A stretch of 12,997 nt of DNA from NCBI GenBank assembly GCA_043813605.1, contig JBDRKX010000110.1, positions 1 through 12,997 of the forward strand, written 5' to 3'. The notes under the pieces are model-generated. The model was not told the origin of the DNA, did not search any database, and was given only the letters and a program-made list of their open reading frames with translations. Positions 6,381 to 12,997 of the stretch are shown piece after piece; position 1 is the stretch's first letter, and every line of letters starts with the position of its first letter. The stretch comes from Elusimicrobiota bacterium. GTDB lineage: Bacteria > CG03 > SLGR01 > JBDRKX01. A program made the position numbers and the translations under genes.

Positions 6381-7790
6381 ATGAATTTACTTAAATATAT
6401 TAAGCCGGCTCTCATAAACAGGACCCTATTACTTACGCTCTTATCAGCCTCACTCTGTATCCTTTTCTGGCGGGTAACGGGGCTACTACTGCCATTTGCT
6501 TTTATACCGTTTTTCTATTTGCTTTACGAAGAAAAAAATCTATCTAAAGCTTTTTTATCCAGCCTTATATTCTCCCTTTTCTCGCTTGTCCTCTTCAACT
6601 GGGTCTGGGGATACAAACCCGCTATCTATGTTTTGACCGCTATTATCAATCTTACATTCTTCTCTGTTTTCGGCCTTCTATCTGTTTATCTCCTCAATAA
6701 GATATCTTCCCTTAAATACTTTATATTTCCGGCAGTATGGGTATTTATCATGGCTTTTATGTCTATCCTTTACCACGGAGACTTTTTAATGGAATACTCT
6801 ATAGCTCTGCCTGTACCGCAGTTGCTTTTTTCCATAATCGGGGCACGCGGTATGACATTCCTGTTTATTCTCATCAACTCCTTATTTGCATATTCCCTGC
6901 ATAAAAAATCGCGAAAAATATTCCTCATCACAGCTGCCATACTCATCGGGATCATACTGCTTTCCCCTGTGCATCTTGTACGCTTGAAAAGACAAGAATC
7001 TATACAGGTGGCAGCCGTTCAGGGAAACTTTCCAGAGACATGGAGCTGGCGGAAAAAATTCGTCAATGAGATCATAGGAACTTACACAGAACTTTCAAAG
7101 AGCGCAAGACAAAATGATATTATTATCTGGCCCGAATACGCTATTCCCGTCGATTTCATTAATTACAGGGCAAATATACGGAAAAGCATACAGAGCCTTG
7201 CTAAAGAACTCGGTTCATACCTTGTCACAGGTTCGGTAGACTATAATGCGGCAACTGACGATCATGAAGATATAGCACTTGTATTTTCACCCGACGGCGC
7301 TCTTTCCGGAAGATACTCTTCTGTCTCGCCTTTTTATTTTAATGAGCACACAAAAGCTTCAAAGTCCAGTCCATTGCCCGTTTCTATCAACAGGCATAAA
7401 GTAGCTATTTTAATATGCGCCGAGGAACTGCGGCCTGACCTGGTAAGACGATATTGTAACAGAAGCGCCGAATACATCATATCCCTGGTAAATAACCAGA
7501 ATATGGCATGGGGGATGATACAAACAAGCATGTTCTCGCGTGTCCGCGCTATGGAATCATTCAGGTATGTGATCAGGGCAAGCAATAACGGCATAACCCA
7601 GATAGTAGATCCGTATGGCCGGAGAGATGCAGTTGAATCCCACAAACGCAGGATCCTTGAAGGAACGGTCATTCCCCTCAGTCACCGAACATTCTATACT
7701 ATATTCGGCAACCTCCTGCTCAACCTTTTTATAACAGTCCTTTGTATAACATGGCTATTACCATATCTTAAAAAAATCAGGGGAGAATAG
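6381..7790 (+). CDS. lnt: Apolipoprotein N-acyltransferase-like protein (nitrilase fold, multi-TM), divergent active site, 469 aa
   Basis: N-terminal TM helices; VAAVQGNFP, IIIWPEYA, ILICAEE, RAMESFRYVIRASNNGITQIVDPYGR; TFYTIFGN plus a C-terminal TM helix. This is the canonical Lnt layout. Confidence 0.88.
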   Translation: MNLLKYIKPALINRTLLLTLLSASLCILFWRVTGLLLPFAFIPFFYLLYEEKNLSKAFLSSLIFSLFSLVLFNWVWGYKPAIYVLTAIINLTFFSVFGLLSVYLLNKISSLKYFIFPAVWVFIMAFMSILYHGDFLMEYSIALPVPQLLFSIIGARGMTFLFILINSLFAYSLHKKSRKIFLITAAILIGIILLSPVHLVRLKRQESIQVAAVQGNFPETWSWRKKFVNEIIGTYTELSKSARQNDIIIWPEYAIPVDFINYRANIRKSIQSLAKELGSYLVTGSVDYNAATDDHEDIALVFSPDGALSGRYSSVSPFYFNEHTKASKSSPLPVSINRHKVAILICAEELRPDLVRRYCNRSAEYIISLVNNQNMAWGMIQTSMFSRVRAMESFRYVIRASNNGITQIVDPYGRRDAVESHKRRILEGTVIPLSHRTFYTIFGNLLLNLFITVLCITWLLPYLKKIRGE

Positions 7791-7817
7791 TCTTCAGCCG
7801 GAGATGCCTTTTAAGAA

Positions 7818-9014
7818 TCAGGTTTTCCCCGCTATCTCTTTGTAGATGGATTCAAGCCGGAGGGCATTACTGCGCCATAAAAATTTTTCTTTTACATGCC
7901 GGCTGCAGATTGCGCCTTTATTCTTTTTTGCTTCTGATTCTATCTCGCTTACAATTGTATCAGCCAGTTCTTCCGGTGAATCAGGCCCCACAAGAGCGCC
8001 TACTTCTTCATTTATAAAATCAACCAGTCCGCCGTCATCGGTACCCACAACAGGCGTACCGCAGGCCAGCGCTTCCACAGCGACCAGCCCGAAAGGTTCC
8101 CGGCGCGAAGGGACAACCGCAAGGTCAGCGGCATTATATATATCTGACACGGTTTCCTGCGGCTGCTGACCGAGAAAGTGGACATTATTCAGTCCGAGTT
8201 CAAGCGCAAGTGCCTGCATATCTTCCATGAGCTCACCCTGCCCTATTACCAGAGTACCGGCTGAATCAAGTTTTTTTTCATACAAAGCAGCGGCTCTCAA
8301 TAATGTGTCTACGCCCTTGAACCAGGTCATTTTCCCGACAAAAACGATCAGATTACCGTATTCAGGCACACTGAATTCCGACAACAGTCTCTTCCTGTCA
8401 ACAGGATGCATATTGAATACCCCGTCATTTAATCCGTTATATATCAATTCTGTCTTTTCAGCCGGAGGACCGAAAACTTCTATGACTTCCTCCTGTATGT
8501 GACGTGATATTGCAATTATCCTATCCGCTTTTTCAAAAGCGGCAAGCGCCATATTCCTGTACCTCGGGTCCTTTTTGAAACCCATCAGATCAGTACCATG
8601 ACATGTTATTACATACGGGATACCGGTACCGGCAGCACAGTATGGCGCAACCCATATATGCCCGCAGTGAATAATATCAGCATCTATCTCATTTGCGCCC
8701 TCTTTTATTTTGTTCCGGTAAATATCAACATAATTTTTGATCTGGGCATCGGAAAGACTGTAAAATGTATTACTGCTCACCGGATGGGTCGTAAAACAGG
8801 GAAAGTTAAAATCAAGTTCACTGCCGTTATCTCTATTGTCATCCTTGAAAATAAGCGCTTTTGTTGTAAAAGGGTAACCTGCAGGCTCCGCGTGTTCCGG
8901 GGTTATGGTCATCACGCAATGGCCCATTTCTGTCAGCTCACGGGCTATGTTCTGCATATAGATTCCGCTGCCGGAACCTTCCAGAGGAAAATGATTTACA
9001 AGGAGGATGTTCAC
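7818..9014 (-). CDS. Glycosyltransferase family 4 (GT-B), 398 aa
   Basis: GTG start overlaps the upstream TGA (GTGA). Motifs NHFPLEGSGSG, TCHGTD, IYNG, FVGKMTWFKGVD and EPFGLVAVEALACGTPVV (EX7E). Confidence 0.95.
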   Translation of the reverse strand: MNILLVNHFPLEGSGSGIYMQNIARELTEMGHCVMTITPEHAEPAGYPFTTKALIFKDDNRDNGSELDFNFPCFTTHPVSSNTFYSLSDAQIKNYVDIYRNKIKEGANEIDADIIHCGHIWVAPYCAAGTGIPYVITCHGTDLMGFKKDPRYRNMALAAFEKADRIIAISRHIQEEVIEVFGPPAEKTELIYNGLNDGVFNMHPVDRKRLLSEFSVPEYGNLIVFVGKMTWFKGVDTLLRAAALYEKKLDSAGTLVIGQGELMEDMQALALELGLNNVHFLGQQPQETVSDIYNAADLAVVPSRREPFGLVAVEALACGTPVVGTDDGGLVDFINEEVGALVGPDSPEELADTIVSEIESEAKKNKGAICSRHVKEKFLWRSNALRLESIYKEIAGKT

Positions 9015-10294
9015 ACCTTTTTTCTGTCTTTATCTATCCTCAGGATGAAGGGTTCAATATGTTTCCGGAATATACTGTCCCATCTGTACTTTCTGAAAAT
9101 GTTTCTTCTGAAACGGAAACCGTGATAATCAGAAAGAAAATCGATGACCTTTTTCGCCATCCTCCGGGGTTTCCCCTTTGGATTTATATAAAGTATTTCA
9201 TAACCTGCGAAATCCGTCAAAGGCGGGATCTTGGAGCATATTATAGGTGTTTTAAAAACCGAAGCTTCCAGCACAGGCAGACCGAACCCTTCTTCATAGC
9301 TGGCAAACAGCAGCACATCACTCATTATGTACAGGTCCCTTATCATCTTGTCCGACACATTTATCTTCCTGCCTTGCCTGTCCCTGTATTCATGGAGAAA
9401 TATTACAACATCTTCAAGATTATGCGCAGCAATCAATTCTTTTATCTTTGTATAGTAAGATTCTCTTCTGCCCATATGCCTTGACGGGCGGCCGCTAACA
9501 ACAAGTTTTGTCAGAACCCCCAGCCTGTTCATCTCTTCAGTCAGCCTGATACCCAGCTCTATGTTCTTTTTATGCACTATCCTGGCCGGTATGAATATAA
9601 CCGCATCCTGTTCATAAAGATTATTGGCTTCCCAGATTATCTCCGTTCCCTTTTCCATACCTACAAGTTTGGGGATATCGATTCCGTTGGGTATAACGGC
9701 TACTTCTTTCTCCGGAATATTATACATTTCGGATACATCCGCCTGTCTTTTCGGTGAAACAGCAACATTCACTATGTTCGTGTTATGCTTAGTTACGAAT
9801 TTGTAGGGAAACTCGTCTTTCCGGTCATACCAGTACGGTTGCCTGTAATCCATGTAACTGGCATCATGTACCCAGTTAACAAATGTCTTTGAACCGGCGT
9901 ATTTATCCGCAAGCCTGTGTATGGCAGCAGCCAGTGGAAAATTCAGATCCTTGACCAGTACATTATGCATAAGGCATATATCGATCCTGCCGAGCACTCT
10001 GTCAAGTTTTTTAAATATCCTGTCACTGTATTCAGAAAACACATCGCTCACGTCACGGCCTTTTTCGAGTCTTTCATTTATATTCTGATTTATACTGAAC
10101 TGTGAATTTATCTCCTTTATCCTCTTAATATCATAGAATCCGGATCTGTATTTCCTCCCACCGCGTGCAACTATCAAAGTAGTCCTGTATCCGTTATCAG
10201 AAAACATCCTGCACATTTTTTCTATTACAGCTTCCACACTGCCGAGAACAGGCGGAGCACTGTAATGGATAATCCCTATTGCTGGTTTTTTCAT
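9011..10294 (-). CDS. Glycosyltransferase family 4, mannosylglucosylglycerate synthase (MggS)-like clade, about 427 aa
   Basis: AAGGAG RBS at 10305-10310; ATG 10294 or TTG 10297. Motifs IGIIHY..GSVEAV, HNVL..LNFPL, WVHD, VIPNG, PARIVHKKNIELGI, DLY..SD and EGFGLPVLEA. The GT4 call is firm; the MggS affinity is from motif recall. Confidence 0.88.
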   Translation of the reverse strand: MKKPAIGIIHYSAPPVLGSVEAVIEKMCRMFSDNGYRTTLIVARGGRKYRSGFYDIKRIKEINSQFSINQNINERLEKGRDVSDVFSEYSDRIFKKLDRVLGRIDICLMHNVLVKDLNFPLAAAIHRLADKYAGSKTFVNWVHDASYMDYRQPYWYDRKDEFPYKFVTKHNTNIVNVAVSPKRQADVSEMYNIPEKEVAVIPNGIDIPKLVGMEKGTEIIWEANNLYEQDAVIFIPARIVHKKNIELGIRLTEEMNRLGVLTKLVVSGRPSRHMGRRESYYTKIKELIAAHNLEDVVIFLHEYRDRQGRKINVSDKMIRDLYIMSDVLLFASYEEGFGLPVLEASVFKTPIICSKIPPLTDFAGYEILYINPKGKPRRMAKKVIDFLSDYHGFRFRRNIFRKYRWDSIFRKHIEPFILRIDKDRKKV

Positions 10295-10297
10295 CAA

Positions 10298-10324
10298 TAT
10301 ATTACTCCTTTGAAGAGTAAAATA
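10298..10324 (-). promoter_or_regulatory. RBS-sequestering hairpin in the 5' UTR of the MggS-like GT4
   Basis: mRNA UAUUUUACUCUU-CAA-AGGAGUAAUAUA: 11 of 12 positions pair (one G-U, one U-U mismatch), burying AGGAG. Confidence 0.45.
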
Positions 10325-10388
10325 GTATCTGGATTTTCAGCCTTTTACTATTTTTTGTATAAAAAATTATCACTTTAATACTTAGATC

Positions 10389-12656
10389 CTACAGCCAGCG
10401 GCGTATCCAGGAACGCAACCCGCTGCCTGCCGGTTTAACTATAATTACCGGTTTTTTACACCTTCTGGCAACATTACGCGAAACAGAATCCCTTGTAAAC
10501 TGGTACAGTAAAGGCACACTTGTCGGGCTCATGATAACTACATCATGTAAATCTGCCTCATTGAGTATTGCTGACGTGACCTTCCGTGCTTCGACCTGTT
10601 TTGCATTTATGCGGTCATAAGAGATCTCATCCAGGTTCCTGTATGCCTCCGGTATGCCATCCCCGGTCAGCTTCACATTTTCATTTGTAACCATGAGAGC
10701 CGTGATCATACCGTCATCCTTTTCCGCCAGTATTGTCGCTATCCTCAGGGCAAATACGCCGTTCGAACCGCCGTCAAGAGGAACCAGTATCTTCTCGAAT
10801 TTGCGGTTACCGCAGTCCTTGAGTATGACCACGTTGCAAAAAGCCCTTTCGATAATATAATCCACTATACTCCCGAGACTGAATATATGATTCCTGGGAC
10901 GGCCGTGCCAACCCATTATCAGAAGATCTATCTTTTTCTCTTTCAGCGCTGATAGTATTCCCCGGCCGATATTGCGGCAATACCGTATCGTAGTTGTTAT
11001 CGGAAATTTCATAAAAAGGTACAACATCGCTTCGGTTATTCCTTCCTTACCTTCCATCATGAACTTTTCGGCATCACTCAAAGGCACCTGTTCAGGTACC
11101 GGGACCATATGGAGCAGGTTAATACTGGCATTCTTTGCCTCGCTTATATAATATGTAGTGCGGATTATAGAGAGCGCATTATCAGGATTGGCTACTGCAA
11201 CCATAATACGGTACTGCGTATTCTCCGGCGCGCTTTCTTCTTCGATCACCTGTACTTCATCCGGAGTAGCTATAGCATGTGATTTTGAATAAAGAAAATA
11301 AATCGCGATTCCTCCTGCTATCCACAAAGGAGCAACTATCCACGCTATTAGACTCATATGAATAAGCCACACGGCGAGTAACACCTGGCAGACTACGGCA
11401 ATAACAGGCGGCCACGGAAAAAACGGCATTATAAAACCATAATCAAGTTCATCGCCCATATTGAGCCGTATCTTAATGACACTGATATTTACAAGAAAAA
11501 ACAAAAATAAAAACATTATACTTGCGCTGGAAGCCACATCCTTTGTCGGAAGGAGCACTGCTACAGTTATTACAATGACCCCTGTGAACAGAAGCGCCAC
11601 CCATGGTGTTTTCTGTTTACGGGAGATAGTGGAAAAAAAACCCGGCAGCAGCCGGTCACGGCCGAGTGCATAAGCTGCACGCGTCGCCGAGAATATTGTA
11701 GCATTCAATGCAGATACAGACGCAAAGATAACAGCCAGCGTGAGTAAAAGGTTACCGAAAGGCATAAGGCGCGAAACAGCTTCTCCAAATCCTCTTTCCT
11801 TAAAACTGCCTATCCATTGCCACGGTGCACCGGTCACACCGGGGGAACCCGCTTTTACCGCTACTATAGCCGCAAATGCAACGGCGACATATGTAAATGT
11901 TACTATGCAAATACAGTAGATCATCGCTTTCGGAAGATTACTCTTAGGATCGATTGCTTCATCTCCGGTCTGAGCTATAACTTCGAATCCTTCAAAAGCC
12001 ACATAAGTAAATCCCATAGTTACCAGCAGTTTTGCCCAGCCGTATGGCATATACGGTGAAAAATTGTTTAATCTTGACGGATCTTTAATTACGATAACTA
12101 TCCCAGCAAATCCAATAAATATAAGGAAGACCGTCTGCCCCAGCGTAAAAAACACACCTGCTTTTCCCGTTTCAGAAACACCTTTATAGTTTATGCGGAG
12201 AAAGAACACACTAATGATAAGAGCTACAATCTTTTCCGCCGTATATATCGAAACAGGTAACCAGCCGAGTAATCCCAATCCTTCAAAATACCGTACGGTA
12301 TAGATAGCAAATGTAACAGCATAAAGACTGCCTGCCACGCTGGAAGCGAACCATTCCATCCAGCCGGCGGTAAAACTCGGGCCGCGCCCGAAAGCCAGCC
12401 GTGCAAAGTTATACGCACCACCCGCCTGAGGTACGGCCGAACTGAGCTCAGCGTATGAAAGCGCTGTCAACAGTGCGATCACTCCATTCAGCGCGAAAGT
12501 CATGAGCATCCCGCCCGGACCGGCAATATATATAGAATTACCTATTCCGAGAAATACCCCCGCACCGATCATCATCCCCAGACCCATCATAGTTATATGG
12601 AACAGGGAAAGCTCGCGGGAAAGTTCGGATGATATGTGTTCTTTACTTTCTTTCAC
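10389..12656 (-). CDS. APC-superfamily amino acid permease fused to two C-terminal universal stress protein (USP) domains, 755 aa
   Basis: GTG start with AAGGAAG RBS. APC motifs GLGMMIGAGVF, YAELSSAVPQAGGAY, FEGFEVIA..GDE..DPKSNLPKA and SR/TR..YALGRD. USP domains RIMVAVANP...LLIMGWHG...LGSIVD and KILVPLDGG...VARRCKKPVIIVK. Confidence 0.95.
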   Translation of the reverse strand: MKESKEHISSELSRELSLFHITMMGLGMMIGAGVFLGIGNSIYIAGPGGMLMTFALNGVIALLTALSYAELSSAVPQAGGAYNFARLAFGRGPSFTAGWMEWFASSVAGSLYAVTFAIYTVRYFEGLGLLGWLPVSIYTAEKIVALIISVFFLRINYKGVSETGKAGVFFTLGQTVFLIFIGFAGIVIVIKDPSRLNNFSPYMPYGWAKLLVTMGFTYVAFEGFEVIAQTGDEAIDPKSNLPKAMIYCICIVTFTYVAVAFAAIVAVKAGSPGVTGAPWQWIGSFKERGFGEAVSRLMPFGNLLLTLAVIFASVSALNATIFSATRAAYALGRDRLLPGFFSTISRKQKTPWVALLFTGVIVITVAVLLPTKDVASSASIMFLFLFFLVNISVIKIRLNMGDELDYGFIMPFFPWPPVIAVVCQVLLAVWLIHMSLIAWIVAPLWIAGGIAIYFLYSKSHAIATPDEVQVIEEESAPENTQYRIMVAVANPDNALSIIRTTYYISEAKNASINLLHMVPVPEQVPLSDAEKFMMEGKEGITEAMLYLFMKFPITTTIRYCRNIGRGILSALKEKKIDLLIMGWHGRPRNHIFSLGSIVDYIIERAFCNVVILKDCGNRKFEKILVPLDGGSNGVFALRIATILAEKDDGMITALMVTNENVKLTGDGIPEAYRNLDEISYDRINAKQVEARKVTSAILNEADLHDVVIMSPTSVPLLYQFTRDSVSRNVARRCKKPVIIVKPAGSGLRSWIRRWL

Positions 12657-12798
12657 TGATCTTCCTTACGATCTCTCTTGCCGAGTGCAGCCTTTTCTTA
12701 TGTATGAAATCTATCGTCCGCGTTGCCCAGATAGATACAAGAAGGATAAAGCCCAACGCAAAAATAACTATTACTGTTCCTATTGCAGCATCGATCAA
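12643..12798 (-). CDS. Small single-pass membrane protein, 51 aa (not in the ORF track): MIDAAIGTVIVIFALGFILLVSIWATRTIDFIHKKRLHSAREIVRKISERK
   Basis: GAGAGG RBS 8 nt before TTG 12798. About 21-aa hydrophobic helix followed by a basic amphipathic tail. TAA at 12643-12645 lies inside the permease 5' end (14-nt overlap). It sits directly downstream of a consensus promoter. Confidence 0.7.
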   Translation of the reverse strand: MIDAAIGTVIVIFALGFILLVSIWATRTIDFIHKKRLHSAREIVRKISERK

Positions 12799-12845
12799 TT
12801 TATAAACCTCTCTCTGACTTGATTTAACCCTACAGAATAAAAAAA

Positions 12846-12874
12846 ATTATAATATTATTTTTGCTGGATGTCTA
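12846..12874 (-). promoter_or_regulatory. sigma70-type promoter of the small-protein/permease/GT4 operon
   Basis: Minus strand TAGACA (12874-12869), 17-nt spacer, TATAAT (12851-12846). Confidence 0.7.
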
Positions 12875-12997
12875 ATATGGTAATGGTAAAAATGTATTCC
12901 GGTGGACAGATAATGCAGGTCAGCTTATCTGAATATTGTTAGGGATTGCAGTAGCAATACCCGGAGTTATATTACTCAGGATTCAGGATCGCTTTTA

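Noticed and set aside
323..12822. Short antisense or alternate-frame ORFs in the track (e.g. 323-586, 2643-3032, 5460-5801, 8598-9125, 9059-9484, 12502-12822)
   Set aside because: They are shadows of well-supported genes, with no recognisable motifs.
12880..12997. Riboswitch (e.g. c-di-AMP/ydaO) upstream of the permease; hairpins near 12942-12980
   Set aside because: Only CTGAATCC resembles the motif, the other conserved elements are absent, and it lies upstream of the predicted promoter. The hairpins are weak, possibly the 3' end of an upstream gene.

Overview
A 13-kb bacterial (diderm) chromosomal window read with the standard genetic code; no mobile element, rRNA/tRNA or complete CRISPR array is visible. 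(1) Plus-strand envelope cluster 378-4319: an acidic secreted protein followed by a strong intrinsic terminator, an outer-membrane beta-barrel, a secreted protein with about 3 Ig-like domains, and an ECF sigma factor with no adjacent anti-sigma. An ECF-type promoter candidate lies upstream. The first two proteins resemble, from memory only, Elusimicrobiota hypothetical families. (2) A convergent secreted protein with beta-hairpin (DxxGN) and YD-like repeats (4334-6046). (3) An Lnt-like nitrilase-fold membrane protein whose catalytic Lys appears replaced by Ser (6381-7790). (4) A minus-strand stress/osmolyte-type operon: near-consensus sigma70 promoter, a 51-aa membrane protein missing from the ORF track, an APC permease-USP fusion, an MggS-like GT4 with a hairpin-occluded RBS, and a translationally coupled second GT4. 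A boxA-like element at the left edge points out of the window and may mark a non-coding leader (e.g. CRISPR).
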